Assembly: GCA_049860595.1 (NCBI GenBank)
Contig: CP187551.1
Strand: one strand, 5' to 3'
DNA: 64,000 nucleotides
Source: Methanocaldococcus sp. 16A
GTDB lineage: Archaea > AGJL01 > Methanococci > Methanococcales > Methanocaldococcaceae
In this document: in pieces, positions 31,539 through 42,776 of the stretch
Numbering within the stretch: the stretch's first letter is position 1
How the letters are laid out: every line of letters starts with the position of its first letter
Program-made: the position numbers and the translations under genes
Notes under the pieces: generated by a model
What the model was told of the DNA's origin: nothing
Database searches by the model: none
What the model saw: the letters and a program-made list of their open reading frames with translations, nothing else

Positions 31539-32534
31539 TTATCCTTCAACATATTTTTTTAACTTCTCAAGTTGTTCTTTAGTACCAAAAGCATATATTA
31601 TATCCCCAACATTAATTACTGTATCAGAAGGAGGGCTCGTAATCATTTTATCTCCTTTTTTAATAGCTAAAACGGTAGCTCCAGTATTTTCTCTAATTTT
31701 TGAATTTTTTAAAAGTTTATTGTCAAGTTCTTTATTTTTTAAAATATACCTCCTAACTTCCATATCTTCTTCTGTAGCTACTAAGGAATGGAGAAATTCA
31801 ACAACATCTGGATTTAAGGCTATTCTCGCAATTTCCATTCCTCCAACTATATATGGACATACAGCCCTATCAGCACCTGCTTTTATTAACTTATCAAGAG
31901 TCGAGGGTTTTTCTGCTTTTGCAACTACATAAATACTTGGATTTAGCTTCTTTGCTGAAAGAGTAATAAAAACGTTTTCAGCATCTGAAGTAACTACTGA
32001 AATTAATCCTTTAGCTTTTTCAATCTTTGCTTTTTTTAAAATATCGTCTGATGTGGCATCTCCTACAATACATATAAGATTTGGGTCTTTTTCAAGAGCT
32101 TCTTCCAATATTTTCTCATCTGAATCAATTACAACAAATGGAACTCCACATTTTTTTAATTCTTCGACTATAACTTTTCCCAATCTTCCATAACCACATA
32201 TTATATAATGGTTGTTTAGTTTTTTGATTTTATCCATCATTTTTCTCAACCTAAAGTATTTTCTAAAATGCCCCTCAATAAAAAACCCCGCTATATTTCC
32301 CATAGTATATGCAACTGCCCCTACACCAGCAAATATGTAGATTATGATAGAGAGCTTTCCAATAAATGTCTTTGGTGTGTAATCTCCATAACCAACTGTT
32401 GAGATTGTAACAACTGCTGCATAAAAAGCTGTGAAGAAATCCCAACCCTCAACGGTCATCAATATTACTGATTCAATTAATATGAGTAAGATAATTACAA
32501 ATATACCAAGTTCTATTTTTTCATGAGTCTCCAT
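31539..32534 (-). CDS. 2TM potassium channel with RCK domain (MjK1-like)
   Basis: TISTVGYGD filter, HYIICGYGRLG, TrkA-C domain. Confidence 0.92.
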   Translation of the reverse strand: METHEKIELGIFVIILLILIESVILMTVEGWDFFTAFYAAVVTISTVGYGDYTPKTFIGKLSIIIYIFAGVGAVAYTMGNIAGFFIEGHFRKYFRLRKMMDKIKKLNNHYIICGYGRLGKVIVEELKKCGVPFVVIDSDEKILEEALEKDPNLICIVGDATSDDILKKAKIEKAKGLISVVTSDAENVFITLSAKKLNPSIYVVAKAEKPSTLDKLIKAGADRAVCPYIVGGMEIARIALNPDVVEFLHSLVATEEDMEVRRYILKNKELDNKLLKNSKIRENTGATVLAIKKGDKMITSPPSDTVINVGDIIYAFGTKEQLEKLKKYVEG

Positions 32535-32558
32535 TTAATCTCCCTTTAAATTCTTTTA

Positions 32559-32670
32559 TAACCATAGGGGCTACGCCCCTATTGGTATACCCCAAAAATT
32601 TACACCTCTGCCTTTGGCAGAGGCGTAAGGGAGTATCCCAATAGAGGGGGCGTAGCCTTTTCTATGGTTA
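32559..32670. repeat. GC-rich palindromic repeat family C, full copy
   Basis: TAACCATAG-GGGCTACGCCCC-TATTGG... central TACACCTCTGCC-TTT-GGCAGAGGCGTA ...CCAATAG-AGGGGGCGTAGCC...CTATGGTTA. Confidence 0.88.
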
Positions 32671-33300
32671 CTTTCCCTTTAAAGCCTTTTGTAATGAAGT
32701 AATTAAGCCAGAAATAAAGAATAGGACAGAGAATATTATTATTAACTTTCCGGCATCTGTTTTTGGAGTTATATCTCCATAACCTACTGTTGTTATAGAT
32801 ATTGTTGTGAAATAAAAAGCATCAAAAAAATTGTTTATTGCTGGATTTACATCTGATTCAGCAATCCATATTAAACATGAAGAAATAAAGCAGATTATTA
32901 ATAGAGATAAGAAATTAAATAGTCCTTGATTTTCTTTTAATCTCCTCAGCTTAATTATTCTAAGTAGAACCAATATTCTTAAAATATTTATTACTCTTAG
33001 CCCTAAAAACGCTTTTGAATAAAATATCTCCAAAGAATATAGCAGGAATGCGATTATAACTATGGCATCAACAATATTATAAACATCTTTAAAAAATTTT
33101 GCTTTATCTTTAGCATAATAGAAGTTGTATATAAATTCAAAGGTAAAGAATATTATCGAAATATAATCTAATCTTATTAACAAATCTTGATAGGGAGGGT
33201 TATAAGTTGATAATATAAAAGAAATAACTATCTCAAATGTAAAAATTAAACTTATTAACATTTCTATAATCTTCCTCAACATTATATCTTTTAAATCCAT
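32668..33300 (-). CDS. mvp: Voltage-gated potassium channel (MVP homologue)
   Basis: 6 TM, S4 LRVINILRILVLLRIIKLRR, TITTVGYGD filter. Confidence 0.9.
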   Translation of the reverse strand: MDLKDIMLRKIIEMLISLIFTFEIVISFILSTYNPPYQDLLIRLDYISIIFFTFEFIYNFYYAKDKAKFFKDVYNIVDAIVIIAFLLYSLEIFYSKAFLGLRVINILRILVLLRIIKLRRLKENQGLFNFLSLLIICFISSCLIWIAESDVNPAINNFFDAFYFTTISITTVGYGDITPKTDAGKLIIIFSVLFFISGLITSLQKALKGK

Positions 33301-33347
33301 TTATATCACAATTAGTATTTTTTATAGCTTATATTTGGTGATAATTT

Positions 33348-34802
33348 ATGGAAATTGGCATTTTAGATATAAAAGGTTCCCTACCATTATTTGAAGATTT
33401 TGGAAATCTACCAACAAAAATTATAGATGAAAAAAACTACAAAGAAATTAAAGACTTGGATGCTTTAATAATACCTGGAGGTAGTTTAGTTGAAAGCAAA
33501 TCATTAAATGAAGAGATAAAAAAAGAAATAATTAACTTTGATGGTTATATAATAGGAATATGTAGTGGATTCCAAATATTATCAAAAAAAATAGACATTG
33601 GAAGGAAAAGTGTAGTTCCAATTGTTAGAGAGGGTTTAGGTTTGTTAGATGTTGAATTTTATCCATTGGTTTGTACGGATAGAGTTGAATTTGAGATGAA
33701 AAAATCAATATTCGGGGAAGGAAAAGGGGAGGGGTTTCACTGTCACACCTATGGAGATATTAAAATAGTTGATAAAGAAACAAAAATTTTTACAATTTCA
33801 AAAGTAAGAAAACTAAATTATAAATTAAGTAAAGAACAAGAAATAATTTCTGGAGCTTTTAAAGGCAAAGTGTTTGGGACGATGGTTCATAACTTCTTAG
33901 ACAATGAATTTATTAGAGATAATTTTTTAAAGTTTATGGGAGTTACAGAGGATGAAAAAGAGAAAATTTCTGAAAAAAATAAAAAAATTAAAGAAGAATT
34001 AAAAAGAAGGAGTTTAAAATACAGATTAAATCCAGGAAGTATTAATATTTCCTCTAAAAATTCCAAGAAAAATAAAAATAAAAAAAGAGGAATTATTTTA
34101 TTGGCTACATCATCAAATAGTGGAAAGACATTTTTAACCACTGCTATATCAGCAAAATTAAAGGGAAGGGTTTTTGTTGCTAAGATTGGGGGGGATGTTA
34201 GAGATATAGTGCCGGCTTTATATTTATTGAGAGAGAGGATGACAAAATACAATAGTATAAAGATTGGAGAGAGAGGATGGGTAGATGTTTCTGAATTTCT
34301 AGATTATATAAAAAAATCAGATTATGATTATATTATTGTTGAGGGAGTTATGGGGGCTTTTACAGCTGCATTAAAAAATATCTCCTCATACCAAATTGCC
34401 AAAAAGCTTGGATTTCCAGTTTATATAATTAGTCCCTGTAATATAAGTGGAATAGAAGGGGCTTTTATAGAAGCAATGGCATATTACAGCTTACTTAAAG
34501 ATTTAGGGATTAAAGTTGAGGGTATAATTTTAAATAAAGTGTATGATTGGAATTTATTTGAGAAATTAAAAAATTTGGCTGAAAAATATAATATAAGAGT
34601 TTATGGAATAAAAAAAGTGGCTAATGAGAGTAGAGGATTAATTCCAGAGGTAGAAATTGATTATGAAAGCTTCTGCAGAAATGCCTTTAATGTTGATTTA
34701 GAAATAGAAATCCCAGAAACTGAAATAGACAATAATATAAATGATAAAGAAGATAATTTTTTAGAGATGTTAGATAAATGGATAAAGAAAATAATAATTT
34801 AA
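33348..34802 (+). CDS. CobB/CobQ-like glutamine amidotransferase plus P-loop protein
   Basis: IIPGGS, GICSGFQ, GFHCH; second domain SSNSGKT, IVEGVMG, GIILNKV. Confidence 0.8.
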   Translation: MEIGILDIKGSLPLFEDFGNLPTKIIDEKNYKEIKDLDALIIPGGSLVESKSLNEEIKKEIINFDGYIIGICSGFQILSKKIDIGRKSVVPIVREGLGLLDVEFYPLVCTDRVEFEMKKSIFGEGKGEGFHCHTYGDIKIVDKETKIFTISKVRKLNYKLSKEQEIISGAFKGKVFGTMVHNFLDNEFIRDNFLKFMGVTEDEKEKISEKNKKIKEELKRRSLKYRLNPGSINISSKNSKKNKNKKRGIILLATSSNSGKTFLTTAISAKLKGRVFVAKIGGDVRDIVPALYLLRERMTKYNSIKIGERGWVDVSEFLDYIKKSDYDYIIVEGVMGAFTAALKNISSYQIAKKLGFPVYIISPCNISGIEGAFIEAMAYYSLLKDLGIKVEGIILNKVYDWNLFEKLKNLAEKYNIRVYGIKKVANESRGLIPEVEIDYESFCRNAFNVDLEIEIPETEIDNNINDKEDNFLEMLDKWIKKIII

Positions 34803-34864
34803 GAGGCATTGCTTCCCTTAGGAAGCAATGCATCCTGGGTATAGCAATAGGGCGAAGTCCTATG
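34803..34864. repeat. Half copy of repeat family C
   Basis: GAGGCATTGCTTCC-CTTA-GGAAGCAATGCATC then GGGTATAGCAATAGGGCGAAGTCCTATG, matching the terminus of 32559-32670. Confidence 0.8.
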
Positions 34865-34930
34865 CGAAGGTAATTTTTTAAAAAGATTAGATAAATGGAT
34901 AAAGAAATTTATTTTAAGTGGGGGATAATA

Positions 34931-35779
34931 ATGGATATGTTTAGTGGTTTTATTGGCTCATTAATTTGGTGGCTTCTATTCTTTTATTTAGTTATGGCTC
35001 CACAAATACAATATAAACAATTACAGCTTGCAAGATTAAAAATCCTTAAAGAACTATCAAATAAGAGGAATTCAACAGTAATAACAATGATACACAGGCA
35101 AGAAAGCATTGGTTTATTTGGGATTCCAGTTTATAAATTTATAACCATTGAAGATAGTGAAGAGATTTTGAGAGCTATAAGGTCTGCTCCAAAAGATAAA
35201 CCAATAGATTTAATTATACACACACCAGGAGGTTTAGTTTTAGCAGCTACTCAAATAGCTAAAGCATTAAAGGCCCATCCAGCAGAGACGAGGGTTATAG
35301 TCCCACATTATGCAATGAGTGGGGGAACTTTAATAGCTTTAGCCGCAGATAAAATAATTATGGATGAAAATGCCGTCTTAGGACCTGTAGACCCACAACT
35401 TGGGCAGTATCCTGCTCCAAGTATTGTTAAGGCTGTTGAGCAGAAAGGTGTTGAAAAAGTAGATGACCAGACTTTAATATTATCAGACATTGCTAAAAAA
35501 GCAATAAATCAAGTTCAGAATTTCGTATATAATTTATTAAAGGATAAATATGGGGAAGAAAAAGCTAAAGAGCTATCTAAGACATTAACAGAAGGTAGAT
35601 GGACTCATGACTATCCAATAACTGTTGAAGAAGCTAAAAAACTTGGTTTAAATGTAGATACAAATGTTCCTGAAGAGGTTTATATTCTAATGGAGTTGTA
35701 TAAGCAGCCAATAAGGCAGAGAGGAACGGTTGAGTTCATGCCTTATCCAACAGCACAGGATACTGGGAATAAAAAATAA
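34931..35779 (+). CDS. SDH-family Clp-fold serine protease with N-terminal membrane anchor
   Basis: HTPGG, AMSGGTLIAL, LGPVDPQ, WTHDYPI. Confidence 0.85.
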   Translation: MDMFSGFIGSLIWWLLFFYLVMAPQIQYKQLQLARLKILKELSNKRNSTVITMIHRQESIGLFGIPVYKFITIEDSEEILRAIRSAPKDKPIDLIIHTPGGLVLAATQIAKALKAHPAETRVIVPHYAMSGGTLIALAADKIIMDENAVLGPVDPQLGQYPAPSIVKAVEQKGVEKVDDQTLILSDIAKKAINQVQNFVYNLLKDKYGEEKAKELSKTLTEGRWTHDYPITVEEAKKLGLNVDTNVPEEVYILMELYKQPIRQRGTVEFMPYPTAQDTGNKK

Positions 35780-35802
35780 AAATCAATAATCAACAAAATT
35801 AA

Positions 35803-36813
35803 TTATCTTTTTGTAGCTTGATAAATATGGATTAAATCACTTAAAATAGCTGATGCTGTCTCTATAGGCCCAGCTCCCCTTCCAACAACCACAACCTCTT
35901 TTGCCAAATCAGTTTCAAACATTGCAACATTTAAAGTTCCTTTGACATTTAATGGATTGTCTATTGGAACAAGCATTGGCTCAACGATTAAGTGTTTATC
36001 TTTAATTTGCCCAATTAATTTTATTGTATATCCTCTCTTATTAGCTAAAAATAGAGCTTCTGGAGTTATCCTTTTAATTCCTTTAACCTTTACATCTTTT
36101 ATTGTTTTATCCATTCCTATAATTGAATTAGCTAAAATAACAATCTTTGCTGCAGTGTCTAAACCTTCAATATCTTGAGTTGGGTCTGTTTCAGCTATCC
36201 CTAATTCCTTAGCTTCTTTTAATGCAGTTTCAAAATCTAAACCCTCTTTTTCCATCTTTGTTAATATGTAGTTGGTTGTTCCATTTAAAATTCCTCTTAT
36301 TGATAAAATTTTATTTCCAGCTAATGTTTCCTTAGCTAAGTTTATTATTGGCATGGCTCCTCCAACTGATGCCTCGTGTCTAAAAATAACATTATATTTT
36401 TTTGCTTCTTCAATCAGCTCTTTATAACATAAAGCTAATGGCCCCTTATTAGCTGTTACAACATGTTTTTTATTTTTAAAGCTTTCTAAGATGTGGGTTT
36501 TAGCAGGTTCTCCAGTCTCTAAGTTTGATGGTGTTACTTCAACAACAACATCTGCATCAACATTTCTTATAACATCTATAGAGCTTATTTCTTTCCCTTT
36601 TTCTGGATAATTTTTAATTTTTCCTGTCTTCTCTTTAACTTCTATTGCCTTCAGTAAATCTAAGCCATTTTCATCTATTGCAGCTCCAGAGCTATCTGTT
36701 ATAGCAACAACCCTAAACTCTTCATAGTTTTTCTTTAAATATTCTCTCTTTTCATGCAAAACCTTAGCAACTCCCTTCCCTATAGCTCCAAATCCAACAA
36801 TAATTATATCCAT
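35803..36813 (-). CDS. hom: Homoserine dehydrogenase
   Basis: [38 protein letters not shown]. Confidence 0.95.
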   Translation of the reverse strand: MDIIIVGFGAIGKGVAKVLHEKREYLKKNYEEFRVVAITDSSGAAIDENGLDLLKAIEVKEKTGKIKNYPEKGKEISSIDVIRNVDADVVVEVTPSNLETGEPAKTHILESFKNKKHVVTANKGPLALCYKELIEEAKKYNVIFRHEASVGGAMPIINLAKETLAGNKILSIRGILNGTTNYILTKMEKEGLDFETALKEAKELGIAETDPTQDIEGLDTAAKIVILANSIIGMDKTIKDVKVKGIKRITPEALFLANKRGYTIKLIGQIKDKHLIVEPMLVPIDNPLNVKGTLNVAMFETDLAKEVVVVGRGAGPIETASAILSDLIHIYQATKR

Positions 36814-36831
36814 TCTCTCACCAATAAATAT

Positions 36832-37314
36832 TTAAAACATGGATTTTATAAATAACAGACCTTTTTCTTTTTCTAATTCTTCAAATAGATAAAATAGTTC
36901 TTCTATTTTATCTTCATCAATAATAATTCTCATCATTGCTGATGATTCTTTATCTGGATGTGGCATAATTAAATCTAAATCCTCAACAAGACCTATTTCA
37001 TTTATTCTATCTATTGTATCTCTTATATTAGTGTCAACAACGTGCCCTATAACAACAACATCCAAATAAACCTTTTTATCCTTTCCATCAATTTTTTTAA
37101 TTATAGCCCCTTCCTTTTCTAAATCCTCTAAAATATTTTTTAGTTTTTCTTTATCATCGACATCAATAACAATCCTTACAGGAACTTTACCTCCTCTCTT
37201 TTCTTCTCTTGAATGTATAACACTTATTACATTAGCCCCATGCTTTGAGATTGGTGTTAAAACTCTCAATAATTCTCCAGGTTTATCTTTTAACTCAATA
37301 TCTATAGTTATCAT
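36832..37314 (-). CDS. ACT-domain amino-acid-binding protein (likely regulatory partner of Hom)
   Basis: DKPGEL...[12 protein letters not shown] signature; upstream of hom. Confidence 0.8.
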   Translation of the reverse strand: MITIDIELKDKPGELLRVLTPISKHGANVISVIHSREEKRGGKVPVRIVIDVDDKEKLKNILEDLEKEGAIIKKIDGKDKKVYLDVVVIGHVVDTNIRDTIDRINEIGLVEDLDLIMPHPDKESSAMMRIIIDEDKIEELFYLFEELEKEKGLLFIKSMF

Positions 37315-37316
37315 TT

Positions 37317-37850
37317 CTACCACCAAACATCTTTAATTCCCAATTTATAAGCGATTATATTTCCAAGCAAATGTATAAACACTGTAAATAGACAGATTAT
37401 AATTACCATTTCATGTGGTATTGGAGCAACAATATAACCAAATGCTAAAGCTCCAATTACAAAATCAAGCTGGTCTAATAATGGAGCTGGTTTCCCTCTA
37501 TCAATATTTAATCTTCTTTTTATAAAACTACCTACTGCATCACCAACAACAGCCCCAGTAGATAAAAAGAAAGCTAATATTGCATGGTCAATAACAGAGC
37601 CATAAAAATCTAAGCTGTTAAAAATATTAAAATTTACTAAAATTCCTTGTATTACTCCAACTAAGGTTCCACATAGGATTCCAAAAACACTGCCTTTATA
37701 TGTTACTCCATTACCTATCAATCTTCTTCCATCAATAAAATTTTTTCCTAAATCTACTGGAGTTCCTCCACCAAATATACACGCTGATGCGTTTGCCACA
37801 TAAGCTGGCAATATATACCAAAGTGATGCAAACAATAACTTATAAAACAT
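37317..37850 (-). CDS. carS: CDP-archaeol synthase
   Basis: [35 protein letters not shown]. Confidence 0.92.
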   Translation of the reverse strand: MFYKLLFASLWYILPAYVANASACIFGGGTPVDLGKNFIDGRRLIGNGVTYKGSVFGILCGTLVGVIQGILVNFNIFNSLDFYGSVIDHAILAFFLSTGAVVGDAVGSFIKRRLNIDRGKPAPLLDQLDFVIGALAFGYIVAPIPHEMVIIICLFTVFIHLLGNIIAYKLGIKDVWW

Positions 37851-37929
37851 TCATCTCCCCTTAACATTAATTTAATATTATAATTTTTGATAAATTTTCA
37901 TCCACATATAAAATGTTATCTGTGATATT

Positions 37930-38763
37930 ATGGAATGTTCAATCTGTGTCCATACATCAAAAACAAAAAAGATAGTTAATCATGAAGGCAAACCAATATG
38001 TGTAGATTGTTTAACAATGCTAAAGTATCCTCCAAATTTCGATAAGATGAGAGAAGAGGTTGAAGAAATTCTATTTAATTTAAAAAAAGAAGGTGGGAAA
38101 TATCATTGTGTTTTGGCATTTTCTGGTGGAAAAGATAGTGTTTTAGCATTAAAACTATTAAAAGAGAAATTTAAACTAAATCCATTATGTGTTATGGTTG
38201 ATAATAGGTATATGGCCAAAGAAGCAATAGAAAACGCTTTAAATGTAACTAAACATTACAATGTTGATTTAATGATATTAAATAGGGATTATACAGAATT
38301 ATTTGAAGATGCTATAGAAAGAGGAGAAAGCCCTTGTAGAAGATGCTCAAAATTAACATTAAGAGAAGTTTGGAGAGTTGCTAAATTATTAGGGTTGAGG
38401 TATGTAATTACAGGGCATGAATTACCTTTCGGACATTCAGCAATAAGGGAAATGAAAGAAGGCATAAAGATGATAAGGTTATTAGCCCCTTACAAATTTA
38501 AAGAAGAGGAGAAATATAAAATGTTGGAAGATTTACCATGGAAAAAACCAGATTTGGGAGGATATACAACAAATTGTTTAGTGCTTGGTGTGGCATTGGA
38601 GAGATTTTATGATAAATATGGATTTAGCTTTGAGATTGATAGAGTAGCAACACTTGTTAGATTGGGTTTGTTATCAAAAGAAAATGCCAAAAAAATTTTA
38701 GAAAAACCTAAAGTACCTTATGAAGTTTATGAAGAGTTGAGAAAAAGAGGGCTAAATATATAG
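37930..38763 (+). CDS. PP-loop ATPase (N-acetyl sugar amidotransferase/QueC-like)
   Basis: N-terminal CxxC...CxxC, FSGGKDS, PCRRC. Confidence 0.75.
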   Translation: MECSICVHTSKTKKIVNHEGKPICVDCLTMLKYPPNFDKMREEVEEILFNLKKEGGKYHCVLAFSGGKDSVLALKLLKEKFKLNPLCVMVDNRYMAKEAIENALNVTKHYNVDLMILNRDYTELFEDAIERGESPCRRCSKLTLREVWRVAKLLGLRYVITGHELPFGHSAIREMKEGIKMIRLLAPYKFKEEEKYKMLEDLPWKKPDLGGYTTNCLVLGVALERFYDKYGFSFEIDRVATLVRLGLLSKENAKKILEKPKVPYEVYEELRKRGLNI

Positions 38764-38871
38764 TTTTGTGCAAAAGTGTTTATAATGAATAAAGCATTGA
38801 TGAATGTCTTCCTTTTGGAAGACATTCAAATTTTCCTTTTTAAAGTTTAGTTTATTTTGCACAAAACTATA
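38759..38871. repeat. Palindromic repeat family B
   Basis: TATAGTTTTGTGCAAAA/TTTTGCACAAAACTATA; hairpin GAATGTCTTCC-TTTT-GGAAGACATTC. Confidence 0.9.
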
Positions 38872-38887
38872 ATAATGAGGGATAAAA

Positions 38888-39943
38888 ATGCACATAATAG
38901 CAATAAATGAAAATGGATTTTTAGATAAAATTAAAGGAAAAAATCCATTATTTACTTGTGTAATTTCATCAATAGAGACTACAACATACATACCAATATC
39001 TGGAGTCCACAGAGATGTTATTAAATACACACCATCTGCAGATGTTGAGCTTGTTTTTTATGGAAAGTCATTAACTTTAAAAACTCCACCTATAGATGCT
39101 ACAGGTTCTCCAAGCCCAGCAACTATTACAAGGGCATGTGTTGAGCTAAAAAATATAAAAAACTTACATATAGATGCTGGAGCTTTTATTAAACCAAAGA
39201 TTCCTTTTATAGAAGTTGATGAAAAACCTACTGGTAAAATAGAGGAAGGTAAAGCAATGAATAACTCAAAAGAATTATTTAAAAAAGGTTATCTTTTAGG
39301 AAAAAACTTAGATGCTGATATGCTAATAGTTGGAGAAAGTGTTCCTGGAGGAACTACAACAGCCTTAGGAGTTTTATTAGGTTTAGGATATGATGCCGAG
39401 GGAAAGGTTAGCTCTGGCTCTGTAAATAACCCTCATGAATTAAAAATAAAGGTTGTTAGAGAGGGTTTAAAGAAAGCAAATATAAATGAAAACTCATCAG
39501 TCTTTGATGTTTTAAATGCGGTTGGAGATAAGATGATGCCTGTTGTTGCTGGTTTAGCAATAAGCTTTTCTGAAAAAAATAAGCCCGTTATATTAGCAGG
39601 AGGTACTCAGATGAGTGCTGTTCTTTCAATTATAAAAGAAATCAATCGAGAAATTTTAGATAAAAACTTAATAGCCATAGGTACTACTGAATTTGTTTTA
39701 AATGATAAAAAAGGAGATTTAAAAGGGATAGTTGAGCAAATTGGAGAAATTCCAATATTAGCATCTAAGTTTTATTTTGAAGATGCGAAAATTGAAGGGT
39801 TAAAAAATTACTGCAAAGGTTCAGTAAAAGAGGGTGTTGGAGCTGGAGGAGTAGCAGTTTATAGTATAGCTAATGGTTTAGAACCTATAAAAATCAGAGA
39901 ATTTATTGAAAATAAATTTAATGAGTGGTATAGAAAGAATTAA
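38888..39943 (+). CDS. cobT: Archaeal nicotinate-nucleotide:base phosphoribosyltransferase
   Basis: TPSADVE, SPATIT, GESVPGGTTTA, LAGGTQM, VKEGVGAGG. Confidence 0.85.
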   Translation: MHIIAINENGFLDKIKGKNPLFTCVISSIETTTYIPISGVHRDVIKYTPSADVELVFYGKSLTLKTPPIDATGSPSPATITRACVELKNIKNLHIDAGAFIKPKIPFIEVDEKPTGKIEEGKAMNNSKELFKKGYLLGKNLDADMLIVGESVPGGTTTALGVLLGLGYDAEGKVSSGSVNNPHELKIKVVREGLKKANINENSSVFDVLNAVGDKMMPVVAGLAISFSEKNKPVILAGGTQMSAVLSIIKEINREILDKNLIAIGTTEFVLNDKKGDLKGIVEQIGEIPILASKFYFEDAKIEGLKNYCKGSVKEGVGAGGVAVYSIANGLEPIKIREFIENKFNEWYRKN

Positions 39944-40068
39944 CACCAAAAATCCTAAAAGTTTTATAGTGTAGTGAAATAAATCCTATTTTTTGATATT
40001 TTTAGAAAACAAAAAACTTTTATCATCTTATTATTAAAAACATAAAATCAAAAAAAGTAAAGGAATTA

Positions 40069-40116
40069 AATAGAACTTTTTGAAATTTAATAGTATTAAA
40101 GTGCGAACGTTCTATT
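40069..40116. repeat. Short repeat A copy
   Basis: AATAGAACTTTT...GTGCGAACGTTCTATT; overlaps the aIF6 stop codon. Confidence 0.6.
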
Positions 40117-40795
40117 AAATCAATCCTAAAGCATCTTCAATCATTAAAAGCTCTGGCCCTGTTGTGTCACCACCAACTACAGCACCTTTAGAGTTTGCAA
40201 TAATACAAGCTCCAACAGAAGTAGTTCCTTTATTTGCTGTTCCTTTACCAATATATTCTACTTTAAACAAGTTTTTTAAAAATTCAAGTTCTTCATCTTC
40301 AACTAATGGATGAGTCAAACATCCTTTATTTGTTACCACAGCATTACTTCCAACAGTAGGAAGCTCGGCAATAGTGCCAATTTCAACCTCAACATTTAAA
40401 GCATCTTCAATATCTTTCTTAAAATCTTTTAACTCTGGAGATATTAAAGCTCCTTTATCATTAGTTAATATTAAGTTACCTAAAGCCGTGTTTTTTGAAT
40501 TTACAATTTCAATATTTAAATCCAAATCATTTTCCTTCAAGAAATTTTTTATTTTGTTTAATTCTTCATCATCAGCTATTTTTGGTAATAATAGACCATA
40601 TTTATTTGCTGCTGATAAAGAACCAACTAATGAACTACCTCCAATATTAACCTGAAGGCATTTAGTTTCTAAAACTTCAGATACTTCATTAACGTCATTT
40701 TTATCAAGAAAAATTGGTAATAAGGTAATTTCTTCAGTTGTCAATGCCAATACACCAATTGTAGAAATTCCTGAGAAGTATTTCCTTATAATCAT
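40115..40795 (-). CDS. eif6: Translation initiation factor aIF6
   Basis: SLVGSL..AN..G, ALGNLILTND, GTANKG, TTGPEL; start ATG 40795. Confidence 0.95.
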   Translation of the reverse strand: MIIRKYFSGISTIGVLALTTEEITLLPIFLDKNDVNEVSEVLETKCLQVNIGGSSLVGSLSAANKYGLLLPKIADDEELNKIKNFLKENDLDLNIEIVNSKNTALGNLILTNDKGALISPELKDFKKDIEDALNVEVEIGTIAELPTVGSNAVVTNKGCLTHPLVEDEELEFLKNLFKVEYIGKGTANKGTTSVGACIIANSKGAVVGGDTTGPELLMIEDALGLI

Positions 40796-40829
40796 AGTTA
40801 TCACATAGTATAGATTTAAATTTAATACT

Positions 40830-41081
40830 TTACTCTGCAAGTGTTGCTATAACAACGTTTCCGTCTTTAACAGCTTTAACTCTAACTCTTGCTGGTGGTT
40901 TTTGAATTCCTCTTTCCCAAATCTTTTCATTTAATTCGTTGTCTATTTTAACAATCTCTGCTTTCATGTGTCTCATTAAAAACTGTTTTATTTTCTTTAT
41001 AGCTCTTGGAGCTCTCTTAGTTCTAACTGATTTGTTTATAACATCTCTCAATGGGATTGTATATATTCTCTCTTCCATCAT
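40830..41081 (-). CDS. rpl31e: 50S ribosomal protein L31e
   Basis: [28 protein letters not shown]. Confidence 0.95.
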   Translation of the reverse strand: MMEERIYTIPLRDVINKSVRTKRAPRAIKKIKQFLMRHMKAEIVKIDNELNEKIWERGIQKPPARVRVKAVKDGNVVIATLAE

Positions 41082-41204
41082 CAACACCTCCAAAATAGTT
41101 AGATAATAAATATACCTACCTTAGAGATATTGAAATAGATATTTAAAGATTACGGTGATTTAGTTTTATATTATTTCTTTTTTCTATATTTTATTTTAAT
41201 TGCT

Positions 41205-41384
41205 TTAATCTTTAATGGATTTAATATATTTTTCTTTTTTAGATTTTAACTCATTTATCTCGTTATTTATGTATTCCACATCTTTATCATTTTTATATGA
41301 TTCTAAAATCCATTCTAATCTCGTTATTTTTCGTTCAATATCTCTAATATGCTTAACTACTATTTTTCTTTCATAATCGTTCAT
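41205..41384 (-). CDS. Small coiled-coil hypothetical protein
   Basis: 59-aa ORF from ATG 41384 with heptad-like charge pattern. Confidence 0.5.
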   Translation of the reverse strand: MNDYERKIVVKHIRDIERKITRLEWILESYKNDKDVEYINNEINELKSKKEKYIKSIKD

Positions 41385-41417
41385 TATATGACCTACAAAC
41401 AAAATTTAATATTTTTA

Positions 41418-41512
41418 AATAGGGCTTTAGCAATTTATATATGCACTTTGGAATTTTGACATCTTTAGGTGTCTATATTCAATAAAAAATTTATTTCTGC
41501 GAAAGTCCTATT
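41418..41512. repeat. Palindromic repeat family A
   Basis: AATAGGGCTTTAGCA...GACATC-TTTA-GGTGTC...TTTCTGCGAAAGTCCTATT. Confidence 0.82.
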
Positions 41513-41585
41513 TAAATTTAAGAAGTTTAGTATTTTATATCAAACACAATATATATAACTTTTTATTATATTTTTTACATTTTAA

Positions 41586-42776
41586 TCAATCTTTTTTAAT
41601 AATTTTTAATGTTTCAATAAGATTATCAATATGCTCTTTTTTAATGTGTGGCATAACAACAATTCTCAAAGCTTTAACACAATTACAAACTGAGACATAA
41701 ATACCCTTATCTCTAAGTTTTTTACAAACGTCTTTATAATTTTCATCTTCAATTGCAACAATATTTAATATAGGTTCAATAACTGGCTTAAAATTATTTT
41801 CTTTTAATTTTTTGTAAAGATAGAATGTGTTTTCCATACACTCATTAACTATCTTCCTCTGCCCTTCTTTACCTAAATATTTTAAAACTGCATAAGTGCA
41901 TGCTCCTCCAAATCCTACTCTTGTCCCTAAAATTGTTGCTTGCCTGGTTTCTGTTAGATAAGGAGCATTAACATCCAAATATTTTCTATAACTTATATTT
42001 TTAAACAAAATACCTCCACTTGGAATTGGACAATGTCCCATTTTATGAGGGTCTATGGTTATAGAATCTACTCCCAAAGAGAAGTCAAACTTATAATTTA
42101 CTTCTCTTTTTTTGTATTTATCCTCCAAAAATGGAATTACAAATCCTCCAAATGCTGCATCTACATGGATATAAATATCATTTTCCTTAGCTATTTTGCT
42201 TAGCTCTTCTATATTATCTATAGTTCCAAGCTCAGTTGTTCCTGCTATCCCAATAATTCCATTTATCTCATAATCCTCCACTACATCTCTAACAAATTTT
42301 TCATCTATTGTATAATCTTTTTTAATTGGAACATAGATATAATCTAAATCCATCATATCTCTTCCTTTCTCAAATGAGAAGTGGGCAGTTACTGGAACAA
42401 TAATTTTAGGATGTTCATTTTTTGATAGTCCTTTTCTTTTTTTCTCCCTCCATATATTTTTTATACATCTCAATGCCATTAAATTAGCCTCAGTACCTCC
42501 ACTAACTATATGTCCATAGGCATTTTTATTGTTTAACAGAGAGCCCAATAATTCTATAGCTTTTTCTTCTAACAATTTAGTTCCTTTAAATAAACCTGGG
42601 TCTCCCAAGTTTGTTTCTAAGAACATATCTACTATTTTTCTTGTTATTGGTAGTATATTTGAACACATTGAACCGAAAATCTTTCCATCTTCATACTTTA
42701 AATCCAAATCTCTGTATTTAATTAACTCTTCCAAAATTTCTCTCTCACTAACTCCCTTTTCTTGCATAATTCTCAC
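41586..42776 (-). CDS. mfnA: L-tyrosine/L-aspartate decarboxylase
   Basis: [35 protein letters not shown] (PLP lysine). Confidence 0.93.
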   Translation of the reverse strand: MRIMQEKGVSEREILEELIKYRDLDLKYEDGKIFGSMCSNILPITRKIVDMFLETNLGDPGLFKGTKLLEEKAIELLGSLLNNKNAYGHIVSGGTEANLMALRCIKNIWREKKRKGLSKNEHPKIIVPVTAHFSFEKGRDMMDLDYIYVPIKKDYTIDEKFVRDVVEDYEINGIIGIAGTTELGTIDNIEELSKIAKENDIYIHVDAAFGGFVIPFLEDKYKKREVNYKFDFSLGVDSITIDPHKMGHCPIPSGGILFKNISYRKYLDVNAPYLTETRQATILGTRVGFGGACTYAVLKYLGKEGQRKIVNECMENTFYLYKKLKENNFKPVIEPILNIVAIEDENYKDVCKKLRDKGIYVSVCNCVKALRIVVMPHIKKEHIDNLIETLKIIKKD

